From Lachnospiraceae bacterium (lineage in GTDB: Bacteria; Bacillota; Clostridia; Lachnospirales; Lachnospiraceae): a DNA stretch of 64,000 bases. The position numbers and the translations under genes are program-made. Shown here one piece after another: positions 27,096 through 37,100 of this stretch. The notes below the pieces were generated by a model. It saw only the letters and a list, made by a program, of their open reading frames with translations, ran no database searches and was not told the origin of the DNA. The stretch is taken from the NCBI GenBank assembly GCA_021199655.1, contig JAJQHQ010000019.1, positions 12,511 to 76,510 of the forward strand, given 5' to 3'. How positions within the stretch are numbered: position 1 is the stretch's first letter; every line of letters begins with the position of its first letter.

Positions 27096-28349
27096 ATGAT
27101 CATCGCGATGGATCTTACTTCGCTGGACGACAATTTCACAGGGATTGAGCGCTATGCGCTGAACATGGCTCTGGAGCTTATCAGGGCAGCGGACGGGGAC
27201 AGCTTCGAACTTATTTTCAAGAATCAGATTTTTCCTGATTTTAAGCAGTATGAAAGTCAGGATAATATTCATTTTCATATCCTGCCGGGATGCAGCAAGC
27301 TGCTCTTCAACCAGTGGAGGCTGCCGCGCTTCCTGAACCGGCTGAACGCGGATTATTACCTGTTTTTTGCGTTTCCGATGCCGGTTCTCCTGCACAAAAA
27401 ACATGTGCTCTCCACCATCCATGACCTGGGCTGCTGGGACTGCCCGGAGACCATGAAGACGCAGATGGTCTGGTATTTTCGCCTGTCCTACCGGTGGGCG
27501 GTACGGCATGCGGAACGTACCATTACCGTTTCCGAATTCAGCAAAAGCCGGATACAGCAGATTCTGCATGTGCCTGAGGAAAAAATACTGGTCACTTACA
27601 ATGGTGTGTGCGGAAAGTTCCTGACAGATGAAGGAAAAAGACAGACGTCTGTATCGGAAGATTTTGCCGAAAAATATCACCTTCCCGACGAGTATATGCT
27701 TTGTCTTTCTACGTTGGAACCGCGCAAGAACATGACGCTGCTTTTAAACGCATATCTGGATCTTTACAGACAGGGGAAAATACGGACAAAGCTGGTGCTT
27801 GCCGGGCGGAAGGGCTGGAAGATCGATGAGCTGCTGCGGAAAGTGGGAGTGGCAGAGCCTGTAAACAGTTCAGACATTGCGTCTGACGCTACAGATGCAA
27901 CGGGTATTTCAGAGGCAACGGATGCATCAGATACAGCGGATGCGACAGATGCAATTCCTGTGACAATAACCGGATTTGTCGACGACGACGACCTACCGGA
28001 GGTGTACCGGATGGCAAAGTACTTTGTCTTCCCATCCATCTATGAAGGCTTCGGGATTCCGCCTCTGGAGGCAATGTCGCAGGGAGTGCCGGTGATTTCT
28101 TCCGATGCGGCATCCATGCCGGAAGTGCTCGGTGACGCACCGGTGTATTTTAAAAGCCAAGATGAGGAAGACCTGAAACGGGCGATTCTTGCGATGGAAA
28201 GCCTTACAGAGGCGGCGAGAGCGGATCGGGCGGCTGCCGGGATGCGGCAGAGTCAAAAATTCCGGTATGGACAGGAAGCGGAAAAAGTGAGAGACTGTCT
28301 GCATGGGCATGGATACCCATACCATCGGGCAGAACGAAAACGTTCATGA
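27096..28349 (+). CDS. Glycosyltransferase family 4 (group 1)
   Basis: E-x7-E motif EGFGIPPLEAM and GT-B architecture. ATG 27096 lies 6 nt after the upstream stop. Confidence 0.85.
   Translation: MIIAMDLTSLDDNFTGIERYALNMALELIRAADGDSFELIFKNQIFPDFKQYESQDNIHFHILPGCSKLLFNQWRLPRFLNRLNADYYLFFAFPMPVLLHKKHVLSTIHDLGCWDCPETMKTQMVWYFRLSYRWAVRHAERTITVSEFSKSRIQQILHVPEEKILVTYNGVCGKFLTDEGKRQTSVSEDFAEKYHLPDEYMLCLSTLEPRKNMTLLLNAYLDLYRQGKIRTKLVLAGRKGWKIDELLRKVGVAEPVNSSDIASDATDATGISEATDASDTADATDAIPVTITGFVDDDDLPEVYRMAKYFVFPSIYEGFGIPPLEAMSQGVPVISSDAASMPEVLGDAPVYFKSQDEEDLKRAILAMESLTEAARADRAAAGMRQSQKFRYGQEAEKVRDCLHGHGYPYHRAERKRS
27861..27953 (+). repeat. In-frame low-complexity (S/D/A/T) insertion beginning with a GTAAC-family terminus
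   Basis: GTAAACAGTTCAGAC (27861-27875) matches terminus GTAACAGTTCAGAAC of 51634. It is followed by degenerate ACAGATGCA-type repeats encoding SDATDATGISEATDASDTADATDA. Confidence 0.55.
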
Positions 28350-28397
28350 ACAGCGGATCATGCTGATGCAGACAGATCCATATGAGGGAAAACAGCT

Positions 28398-29780
28398 ATG
28401 AGTAATTACAGCAAGCTTTACTTTACAATAAAAAAATACGGTGGTGTATTCAAAAATATTGTCCCCAGGCAGACACGTATGGCTCTGAAGGACAAGCTGG
28501 TGCAGAAGAATATCGCAGAGTTTTTAAGTACAAAAAAATCGTATGACAGCAAGGCATGGCCTGACGGGGTGAACCTGATCGGCAGCATACGCGCCGAGAT
28601 GGGGCTTGGACAGAGCTGCCGCCTTGTAGCACGGCAGCTGCAGATGAGCGGCTGTCCGTTTTCTATCTGCAACATCGGATTCGACGATAACCTGCGGGAG
28701 GACGACCACTCCTGGGATGACTATATTTCCGTAGAAGTGCCGCCACTCTCACGGGCAACACTGGACGATCGCTTACAGAACAATCAGCGTCCGCCCTCGC
28801 AGGCTGCGGAATATGCCGCTGACGGGACAAACGCTTCGCGTCCGAATGGCTCATCGGCATTACCCTTTGGGATCAATCTCTTTCATGTGAACCTGTGCGA
28901 GATGGGAAACATGTTTTCTGCCAATTCATCGTTCTGGGACGGGCATTACAATATTGCATTCTGGCTCTGGGAGCTCGAAGACTTCCCAAAAGAGTGGGTG
29001 AAATACTGCAGTCTTTTTGACGAGATATGGACGCCCTCCGCATTTGCGGGGCGCGGCATGCAGAAGGTGATCGATGTGCCGGTGCGCACGGTGCCATACC
29101 GTCCGACGGCGCCCTTCGATGATTCCTGTACGAGAGAAACATTTGGGCTGCCGGAACATAAATTCCTCGCTCTGATCATGTATGATTCCAACAGCACCAC
29201 CGGGCGCAAGAACCCGCAGGGTGCGATCACGGCTTACCGAAAGGCTTTCCCACAGGAAGATAAGGACTGCGGGCTCGTGATCAAGATCAATAACGCAAAG
29301 GATGAGGATGTACGGTGCCTGAAAAAGGAACTTGATGGGTATCGTAATGTGTATTTTATCACTGAAGTGCTGGAAAAAGAGAAAGTAAACAGCCTGATTC
29401 GCTGCTGCGACGTCTATCTTTCCCTGCACCGCTCGGAAGGCTTCGGTCTGGTCATTGCGGAGGCCATGCTTCTTGGCACACCCGTGATCGCCACCAACTA
29501 TTCCTCGAACGTTGAATTCATGAGCGAAGAGGCATCCTGCCTTGTGGATTATCAGCTGATCAAAAATCCGCACACCGAGGGTGCGTACAAAAAGGGCTGT
29601 GTGTGGGCTGACCCGGATCTGGATCAGGCTGCCGAATACATCCGCCGCCTGAAAAACGACCGGGCATACTATGAATCAAAAGTAAAAAACGGAGCGGCAT
29701 ATCTCGACCGGGCATTGAATGAAGAAAAGCTGAATGCACTGTGGAGAGAGAGAATTGGAGCTGTGGGGGCTGATCATTGA
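28398..29780 (+). CDS. Glycosyltransferase, group-1-like C-terminal domain
   Basis: RSEGFGLVIAEAMLLGTPVIAT (E-x7-E). GAGGGA RBS. Confidence 0.75.
   Translation: MSNYSKLYFTIKKYGGVFKNIVPRQTRMALKDKLVQKNIAEFLSTKKSYDSKAWPDGVNLIGSIRAEMGLGQSCRLVARQLQMSGCPFSICNIGFDDNLREDDHSWDDYISVEVPPLSRATLDDRLQNNQRPPSQAAEYAADGTNASRPNGSSALPFGINLFHVNLCEMGNMFSANSSFWDGHYNIAFWLWELEDFPKEWVKYCSLFDEIWTPSAFAGRGMQKVIDVPVRTVPYRPTAPFDDSCTRETFGLPEHKFLALIMYDSNSTTGRKNPQGAITAYRKAFPQEDKDCGLVIKINNAKDEDVRCLKKELDGYRNVYFITEVLEKEKVNSLIRCCDVYLSLHRSEGFGLVIAEAMLLGTPVIATNYSSNVEFMSEEASCLVDYQLIKNPHTEGAYKKGCVWADPDLDQAAEYIRRLKNDRAYYESKVKNGAAYLDRALNEEKLNALWRERIGAVGADH
28738..28856 (+). repeat. Degenerate copy of the GC-rich module set, in frame in the glycosyltransferase ORF
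   Basis: CACTGGACGATC (28759-28770) is identical to 13291-13302. GACAAACGCTTCGCGTCCGAATGGC (28826-28850) matches module 2 at 18/25 nt in the same reading frame (LDD..., NA.R..G). Confidence 0.5.
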
Positions 29781-29825
29781 CTTGCAGGAATGTTACCCAT
29801 ACCGGTCTGATAAGGAGAATCGATT

Positions 29826-32009
29826 TTGAACAGAAATTTGAATGCGTCCACTCGTTTGACCGCACGGAAATACAAACAAAATGCACTCCTCTACCTGCTG
29901 GCAATTCTGTTGTCCTCCGCAGCGGCTTTCTTCGCGTATCGTCTGTGGAGGATCAATCTGTCTGAGACACCCATAGATTACTACAACGATGCGCTTCCCG
30001 GTCTGGTCAATATCAGATTAATGATGGAAAACGGCGGTATGGGCTACACAAGTGACCGGCTGGGTACGCCTTTTGGTTATACCACATTTGATTTTCTGCA
30101 AAATGATTATATTCCGCAGCTTCTCACAAAGTTTCTGACACTTTTCACCTCTAACTGGATTCTGGTGTTCAACCTGACCAACCTGCTGTCGTTCCCGATC
30201 GTCGCCTGCGTTGCGTTATGCGTGCTGCGGAAGCTGGACGTGGAGCCGCGGGTGGCAGTGGTGATGGCAGTGCTGTTCTCCTGCAGCCCGTTCCATTATT
30301 ACAGAGCATTTCGGCACGGCTCCTTTGCACTCTGTGTATCGATTCCGGTCGCGGTGTACTATATTCTGCGGTTGATGCGGGGGGAGGCCATACTGGAGGC
30401 AAAGAATCATTATCTGAACCGCAATAATTTCGGGTATGTGCTGGCGATGATCCTGCTCGGGATATGCGGGGTTTATTATGCGTTCTTTACCTGCTTTTTC
30501 CTGTGCGTCGCGGGCGTCTATATTCTGATCCGGGAAAAGAAGCTGAGCCGTCTGAAAGAGACGGTCCTCAGCATTGTGCTGATTGTGTGTACGACGGTCA
30601 TCGGATATCTGCCGACGATTCTTTACCGGATGAAAAACGGGGCCAATACGGCCGTGGCAGTTCGCACAGCGGCAGAATCGGAGCTGTACAGCCTGAAACT
30701 CTCTCAGCTGCTTCTGCCTGTGACCAATCATTGTGTCTCGTTTCTGGCTTCCCTCAAGGATTTCTTTAACACCAGTTTTTCTGTGAATGCAAATGAAAAT
30801 GATTCTGTCACATTGGGGCTGATCTTTGCGATTGGCTTTCTTATTCTTCTGCTGTCCTTTTTCCAAAAACGGAGCAAAGAGAACACAGAGATCCGCTATA
30901 TACAGGAGCTGGCATGTCTGAACCTGTCCGCCCTGCTCTATGCGTCCTCCGGCGGACTGATCCTGATACAGGCACTTATTTTTACCCAGATCCGCTGCGG
31001 GAACCGGATTTCTGTTTTTATTTCCTTCTTTTCCTGCGTTTGCGTGGGGCTGCTTTTAAGCAGGCTGCTTAAGCAGACGAGAGTTTCACGTATTCCGTCG
31101 GGAGTGATTTCTCTGGGGCTGGCGGTCCTTCTTGCGGTCGGACTTCTGGATCAAACGTCTACGGATCTTGCGCGTGATTATGAAGAGATCAGCAGTCAGG
31201 TGCAGAGCGACAGAAGCTTTGTGGAAACGATTGAGGAAATGGAAGAGGAGGGCAGCATGATCCTGCAACTGCCCGTCGTGCGCTATCCGGAAGCCGGCAC
31301 GGTCAATGAGATGAAGGATTATTCGCATTTTGTGGGATTTCTTTATTCGGACACGCTGCGCTGGTCCTACGGCGTTATGTATGGAAGAGACGGCTATGAT
31401 GCGCTGGATGATCTGAAAGCGGACGATCTGACTGCGGAGGAACTGGTACGGATCGCAGCGTCCATGGGGTATACCGGCATCTATATTGATGAAGACGGAT
31501 ACACAGAGGAAGAGCTTTCCTCTTTGAAAGAGGGACTGGAGGAGATACTGGACGAGACGCCGCTTGTGAGTGACAAAGGGGATAAGCTTTATTTTTCATT
31601 GACAGAGTATGTCAGCCGAAACGGGGTCGAGACGGATTACTTAAGCCTGATCTGTGCGGAAGGCTTTTACGGAGAAGAAACCGGCGGCGACTCTTCCTGG
31701 AACTGGATGCAGGAGGAAGGAACCATCCGCATCTTTAACTGGTCGGATCAGGAGCAGTCGGTTACGCTGACTCTGACGATCTCCTCACCCTGGGAGGAAG
31801 AATATTCATTCCTGTTATCTTCTGATGAAGGCAATGAAGAATCAGAATATGTGCTTACGAAAGGAGAAAACCAGTGTGTGCTGGATATCACACTGGAGCC
31901 GGGCTGCAATACATTTACATTTTCTACGGATGCTCCGGCAATAGAAACGGAGAGTGACCCAAGGAATATGCACATCATGCTGACGGAAGTAAGGATGGAG
32001 CCGGCATGA
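29826..32009 (+). CDS. Large polytopic membrane protein with an extracytoplasmic C-terminal domain; probable GT-C-type glycopolymer-modifying enzyme
   Basis: More than 10 predicted TM helices followed by about 300 soluble residues. TTG start 8 nt after AAGGAG. Family not firmly recognised. Confidence 0.5.
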   Translation: MNRNLNASTRLTARKYKQNALLYLLAILLSSAAAFFAYRLWRINLSETPIDYYNDALPGLVNIRLMMENGGMGYTSDRLGTPFGYTTFDFLQNDYIPQLLTKFLTLFTSNWILVFNLTNLLSFPIVACVALCVLRKLDVEPRVAVVMAVLFSCSPFHYYRAFRHGSFALCVSIPVAVYYILRLMRGEAILEAKNHYLNRNNFGYVLAMILLGICGVYYAFFTCFFLCVAGVYILIREKKLSRLKETVLSIVLIVCTTVIGYLPTILYRMKNGANTAVAVRTAAESELYSLKLSQLLLPVTNHCVSFLASLKDFFNTSFSVNANENDSVTLGLIFAIGFLILLLSFFQKRSKENTEIRYIQELACLNLSALLYASSGGLILIQALIFTQIRCGNRISVFISFFSCVCVGLLLSRLLKQTRVSRIPSGVISLGLAVLLAVGLLDQTSTDLARDYEEISSQVQSDRSFVETIEEMEEEGSMILQLPVVRYPEAGTVNEMKDYSHFVGFLYSDTLRWSYGVMYGRDGYDALDDLKADDLTAEELVRIAASMGYTGIYIDEDGYTEEELSSLKEGLEEILDETPLVSDKGDKLYFSLTEYVSRNGVETDYLSLICAEGFYGEETGGDSSWNWMQEEGTIRIFNWSDQEQSVTLTLTISSPWEEEYSFLLSSDEGNEESEYVLTKGENQCVLDITLEPGCNTFTFSTDAPAIETESDPRNMHIMLTEVRMEPA

Positions 32010-32028
32010 TCGGATGATCAGTACATGA

Positions 32029-32055
32029 GAATGCGCCAGAGCGCATTCTTTTTTT
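32029..32055 (+). terminator. Rho-independent terminator
   Basis: GAATGCGC-CAGA-GCGCATTC followed by T7. A nearly identical hairpin is at 62922-62947. Confidence 0.75.
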
Positions 32056-32391
32056 GTCCAATAGGAAAGTTCTCCGAACTTCCTTATTGGACAAAAATTT
32101 ATGCGCACAGATGCGTAGGGTGTTTTATTGCTTCGCAATACGCATCTGGCGCAGCAAAAAAGTGTGCTTCCAGAAGATTGATCGGTACGCGAGAGTGAGC
32201 AGAGCACACTTTTTTGTTGATTTTGCTGCAGGGGTCTCCTGCAAAAAGTAGGAGATAAAACAGGGAAAATGGAATTTCGTGACGGATTTACCGCGGATTC
32301 AAAAGATGATACTATAAAAACACAATTGTACGTATACTGGTCAAACAGTAGGAAACAAAAAGAAATCAAATCATGAAAGGAGGAGTTTTTT

Positions 32392-33399
32392 GTGCTGACA
32401 CCGAAGCAAAATCTGCTGGAGACACTGAAAAAGGATGGGAAACCGGAGTGTCTCTGCAATTCGTTTACGATGTTCCGCGGCATTCCGGGAGATCCTGTTT
32501 TTAAGCTTGTGAGAGGAAACCGTATCCGTGGGACAACGTCCCATGACCAGTGGGGGACGCTGATCCTGTTTCCGGAGGACGCGCCTGCGGCCGTGCCTTA
32601 CGTGACGCCGGAGAATCAGGTCATTCAGGATATCTCGGAGTGGCAAAAGTATGTAAAAGTACCGGATCTGGAAGGAAAATGCCAGGAAGGCTGGGAGGAC
32701 GCGATCGCGGCTGAGAAAGCCATCGACCACGAGAAATATCTGACCATGACCGTCATGGGGACGGGTATTTTCGAACAGCTGCATATGCTGATGACATTTG
32801 AGGATACGCTCATGAATTTCCTGCTGGAGCCGGAGGCCATGCACGAGCTGATCGATGTGATCTGCGAATACCGTCTCACTTACATGAAGCTGATCGTAGA
32901 GCATCTGCATCCGGACTGCATCTGTTCCCACGATGACTGGGGTTCCAAAAACAGTATGTTCATGTCGCCGGAAGTCTGGCGTGAGTTTTTCAAAGAGCCA
33001 TTCCGCAAACTGTATGATTATCTGCACGCCAACGGCGTTATTGTCATGCATCACGGGGATTCTTATATGGAGCCGATCGTGGAAGACATGGCAGAGATCG
33101 GCGTTGATATCTGGCAGGGTGTGCTGCCGACAAACAATATCAAAGCGATATCCGAAAAAGTCGGCGACCGGATGCTTCTGATGGGCGGGATCGACTCGGT
33201 GATCGACCGGGCAGATGCTACGGAGGAAGAGATCCGCAAAGAGACACGCAGAGCCTGCACGGAATACGGTGATCTGAAAGGGTTTATGCCGTGCATGACC
33301 TACGGAGGTCCCGGAACCATCTATCCTGAAGTGGAAACCATCATCATTGATGAGATCAACCGGTACAATATGGAAAAATATGGCGTAGCCATCTGCTGA
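32392..33399 (+). CDS. URO-D/MtaA-CmuA-fold methyltransferase (candidate substrate:corrinoid methyltransferase)
   Basis: Family-typical blocks FEQLHMLMTFEDTLMNFLLEPEAMHEL, SHDDWGSKNSMFMSPE, VMHHGDSYMEPIV, LMGGID. GTG start after AAAGGAGG. Confidence 0.7.
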   Translation: MLTPKQNLLETLKKDGKPECLCNSFTMFRGIPGDPVFKLVRGNRIRGTTSHDQWGTLILFPEDAPAAVPYVTPENQVIQDISEWQKYVKVPDLEGKCQEGWEDAIAAEKAIDHEKYLTMTVMGTGIFEQLHMLMTFEDTLMNFLLEPEAMHELIDVICEYRLTYMKLIVEHLHPDCICSHDDWGSKNSMFMSPEVWREFFKEPFRKLYDYLHANGVIVMHHGDSYMEPIVEDMAEIGVDIWQGVLPTNNIKAISEKVGDRMLLMGGIDSVIDRADATEEEIRKETRRACTEYGDLKGFMPCMTYGGPGTIYPEVETIIIDEINRYNMEKYGVAIC

Positions 33400-33424
33400 A
33401 CCCGGGGGAAGGAGGGTATCTTTC

Positions 33425-34837
33425 ATGAGTACAAAACAAGAAAAACCCAAGAAAAAGGAACTCAGCAAAGCGCTGAAAATGTTTTACGGCGTCGGTGACT
33501 GCGGTTTCACCCTGATGTCCAATATCGAGAGCTATTATTTCAGCTATTTCCTGACGAATCTGGCACAGTTCAGTCTGCCGATGGTGACCTTTATCACAAC
33601 GGTCTCCAGCACGGTAGATGCGCTGCTTTCCTGGATTTACGGCGCGATCATCAACAGCGTGAAGCCGATGAAGTGGGGGCGCTACCGTTCCTGGCTCGTC
33701 GTCCTGCCCTGGCTGGTGCCGTTTCTGTATGCGTTTCAGTTTATCAAGGTCGGGGACGGGGTACTTTCGGCGGCCGTCATTATCATTGCGGCTATCGCCA
33801 GCCATATCGCCTGGAATATCCCTTACGTAGCCAACGTCTCCATGATTTCTGTCGCCGGTAAAACGCCGGAAGACCGTTCACAGCTGGCAGCCACCAGAGG
33901 CGCCTGGGCGAACCTGTCGAAGGTCATCTTTTCCTATGCCGGCCCGGCGGTAGCCAGCATCATGGCGGGACTGATCGGGGAAGTGAACCAGTACGGCGGC
34001 GCCGCGTTCGCATTTGGATGTGTCATGGCGATCCTGTATTATGCGCATTTCAAAATGTTTGACGGCTATGAAGATATAGAACCTCAGAATGCCTCCGCGG
34101 ATGCCGCAAAGAAAAAGGCGGCCGCGAAGGATAAAACGAGCGGCATGGATCTTGTCCGCGCCCTTTTCCAGACGCCTCCGCTCATCGCCCTTCTGATCGC
34201 GGATCTGGCGATGTTTATGTTTAACTTCGTCCTGATGGGCATCGCCACTTATTACTTCACTTATGTGGCGGGCAACGGCGGCATGCTGTCCACCTACATT
34301 CTGGTCACCAATATTTTCTGCGTCATCGGCGCGTACCTGAGCAAGACGCTGAGCAATAAGTTTACCACGAGAACCACATCGATCGGCGTTATGGCGATCC
34401 AGGCGGCCCTGCTCATCGTATCGTTCCTGTTCTATAATAACATCACTCTGGTTATCGTCCTGATGAGCGTTGCGATGTTTGGCTATGGTATTACCTACTC
34501 CTGTATGCCGGCACTGTTTGGCGACACGATCGTCTACAGCGAGTGGAAGACCGGGAAAAACGCTGCAGGCTGGATCAGCGGGCTTCAGAATGTGCCGCTG
34601 AAGGTCAGCATCATGACCCGCGGCATTATCATTTCGGCCTGCCTGGCCATGGGCTCTTTCAGCTCGGACATTGATGCTTCACAGGCGTCAGAGCAGCTGA
34701 AGCGTGCCATCAGCATCGGCTTCATGGTAATCCCGGCAATCGCACTGATCGTTGCGGTGCTGTGCCTGCTGTTCGGCTTCCGGCTGACAAAGGATAAGGT
34801 AGATAAGTACGCGGCGGAGATCGCGGCCCGGTCATAA
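33425..34837 (+). CDS. GPH-family (glycoside-pentoside-hexuronide:cation) symporter
   Basis: 12-TM profile with N-terminal YGVGDCGFTLMSN and the GRYRSW loop motif. Confidence 0.8.
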   Translation: MSTKQEKPKKKELSKALKMFYGVGDCGFTLMSNIESYYFSYFLTNLAQFSLPMVTFITTVSSTVDALLSWIYGAIINSVKPMKWGRYRSWLVVLPWLVPFLYAFQFIKVGDGVLSAAVIIIAAIASHIAWNIPYVANVSMISVAGKTPEDRSQLAATRGAWANLSKVIFSYAGPAVASIMAGLIGEVNQYGGAAFAFGCVMAILYYAHFKMFDGYEDIEPQNASADAAKKKAAAKDKTSGMDLVRALFQTPPLIALLIADLAMFMFNFVLMGIATYYFTYVAGNGGMLSTYILVTNIFCVIGAYLSKTLSNKFTTRTTSIGVMAIQAALLIVSFLFYNNITLVIVLMSVAMFGYGITYSCMPALFGDTIVYSEWKTGKNAAGWISGLQNVPLKVSIMTRGIIISACLAMGSFSSDIDASQASEQLKRAISIGFMVIPAIALIVAVLCLLFGFRLTKDKVDKYAAEIAARS

Positions 34838-34965
34838 GGATGAACAGATTTACAGAAAAAAGACGCAGTATTTATGCTGCCCGATTATTATAAGCAGTTG
34901 TTATTGCAGAAATGCTGTGCGGCTGATACCGCGAAACAGTTATAAAAAATAAGGAGACTATGATC

Positions 34966-35979
34966 ATGTTATCAGCAAAAGAAAACTTTTTTGAGACAGT
35001 AAAACCGGACGGACATCCTGACAGAATCATGAAGCAGTATGAAAATCTGGCATTCCTCAATTCTAACCCGATTCTTCTCTATATCAGAGGAAAACGGTAT
35101 CCGGGCATGGCTCCGTCCAAAGACAAATTCGGGACAGAAGTTCTGTGGCCGGAAAACCAGATCGCGGCGATGCCCCATGTGACGGCAGATAACAAAGTAA
35201 TTCCGGATATTACGGAATGGCAAAAATATCTGAAGATCCCGGATATCGTATCGGAGTGCTCGGATCCGGCCCTGTGGGAGCCGTTTATCAAACAGGCGGA
35301 AGAATACCGCGCGGAGGGGAAGGTGTTGATGGGATACCTGCCCACCGGACTTTTTGAGAGACTGCATTTCCTGATGGGATTTGAGGATATGCTGATGAAC
35401 TTCCTGCTGGAGCCGGAAGCCATGCATGAGCTGATCGATGCGATCGGAGAGTATCGTTTCCAGTTTATGAAGATGTCGGTGGACTTCCTTCATCCGGACG
35501 TGATAATCTCCCATGACGACTGGGGATCAAAGAGAGCTCTGTTTATCAGCCCGGATACCTGGCGTGAATTCATCAAGCCGCAGTATGTCAGAATGTATAA
35601 ATACATGAACGACCACGGCGTGCTGGTTATGCATCACGCGGACTCTTATCTGGAGCCGATCGTGGACGATATGGTGGAGCTCGGCATCGACATCTGGCAG
35701 GGAGCACTTCCGGAGAACGACATTCCGAAGATCCAGAAACAGGTAAACGGCAAGATGACGCTGATGGGCGGCATCGACGCGTCAATCGTAGACCGCGTGG
35801 ATTCCACTGAGGAAGAGATCCGCAGGGAGACCAGACGTGCGCTTGAGGAATATGCTCCGAATGGACATTTTATCCCCTGCATCACCTATGGCGGCCCCGG
35901 CACCCTGTTTAAACATGTAGATCCGATCATCAACGATGAGATCGACAGATACAACAAAGAGGTATATGGGATCGGATGA
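34966..35979 (+). CDS. URO-D/MtaA-CmuA-fold methyltransferase, paralogue of 32392-33399
   Basis: Same conserved blocks (FERLHFLMGFEDMLMNFLLEPEAMHEL, SHDDWGSKRALFISPD, VMHHADSYLEPIV). ATG 34966 has better spacing to AAGGAG than ATG 34960. Confidence 0.7.
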   Translation: MLSAKENFFETVKPDGHPDRIMKQYENLAFLNSNPILLYIRGKRYPGMAPSKDKFGTEVLWPENQIAAMPHVTADNKVIPDITEWQKYLKIPDIVSECSDPALWEPFIKQAEEYRAEGKVLMGYLPTGLFERLHFLMGFEDMLMNFLLEPEAMHELIDAIGEYRFQFMKMSVDFLHPDVIISHDDWGSKRALFISPDTWREFIKPQYVRMYKYMNDHGVLVMHHADSYLEPIVDDMVELGIDIWQGALPENDIPKIQKQVNGKMTLMGGIDASIVDRVDSTEEEIRRETRRALEEYAPNGHFIPCITYGGPGTLFKHVDPIINDEIDRYNKEVYGIG

Positions 35980-36086
35980 TGATCTGTATTGCAGAGGCTG
36001 CCGCGTATGCGGCAGCCTTTTTTGCAGATGCGCACGGCCGGGCATGCCGTTTACGACCGGTGCCGGGCAGATAAGGAGGAGTGTGC

Positions 36087-36950
36087 ATGGAACAGGAAAA
36101 ACAGAGAATGTATTTTAAAAGGCTTGGGCTGACACAGACCGACACTACAGTCGGAGAGGAGCAGCTGAATGCCATCATCCGTGCCCATCTGGAGAAGATT
36201 CCGTTTGAGAATCTGGATGTCTGTGATTTTCATAAGGTTCCGGCCCTTGACCCGGACTCGCTTTTTGAAAAGATCATCACAGGACGGCGGGGCGGATACT
36301 GTTTCGAACTGAATCGCCTGCTTCTGGCGCTTCTGGAATCACTTGGATACGAGGTTCATCCGGTGGCGGTGCGGGTGATGTGGAACCGAACGGTGCTTCC
36401 GCCGACAACCCATATGGGGATCATTGCGCAGTGTGACGGAAAGCACTATTACTGCGATGTGGGATACGGCGGTCCGGGACCAAAAGGTCTGCTGAGGCTG
36501 ACACCGGAGTCGCAGACAATCTGCGGTGAGCAATTTCGCGTCACGCAGGCAGGACTCCCGGAACAATCGGATGTGCAGCCGGAGACGCCGGAATGTTATG
36601 CCGCACGGATCGAAGCTTCGGAACGCAGTACTGCCCGGCATGGGTTCACAGAATATAAGATTGAGAAAGACTATCACGGGGAATGGAAGGCGGTCCTGCA
36701 GTTCGAAGATCATCCGTGCCGCCCTGTTGATTTCGAACCGCTGAATTTTTACTGTGCGAAAAACCCGGCTGTCCTGTTCACACAGAAAAGGGTGCTGTAT
36801 CTCTATATGCCGAACGGGTGGAAATCCCTGATGGATATGGAGCTGACGATCTCTGAGAATGGTGAGATTACGAAGACCGTCTATCATCAGAAAGAACAGT
36901 TGGAGCAGGGACTTCTGGAAGAGTTCGGGATACAGATTTCGCTTCCGTGA
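36087..36950 (+). CDS. Arylamine N-acetyltransferase (NAT) family protein
   Basis: Catalytic triad contexts RGGYCFELN (Cys), THMGII (His), CDVGYGG (Asp). AAGGAGGA lies 6 nt before ATG 36087. Confidence 0.75.
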   Translation: MEQEKQRMYFKRLGLTQTDTTVGEEQLNAIIRAHLEKIPFENLDVCDFHKVPALDPDSLFEKIITGRRGGYCFELNRLLLALLESLGYEVHPVAVRVMWNRTVLPPTTHMGIIAQCDGKHYYCDVGYGGPGPKGLLRLTPESQTICGEQFRVTQAGLPEQSDVQPETPECYAARIEASERSTARHGFTEYKIEKDYHGEWKAVLQFEDHPCRPVDFEPLNFYCAKNPAVLFTQKRVLYLYMPNGWKSLMDMELTISENGEITKTVYHQKEQLEQGLLEEFGIQISLP

Positions 36951-37100
36951 AACCTTTTCCTACAAATCGCAGGAAAACAGAAAAAATATCAACAGTTTTG
37001 TGGATGGAGAACCAGATAAAGATATGGTAAATTTATGGCATGGACAAATTGCACAGAGACAAAGAACTGACCGTTCGGCAACCTGTGCAGAATGAACGAA

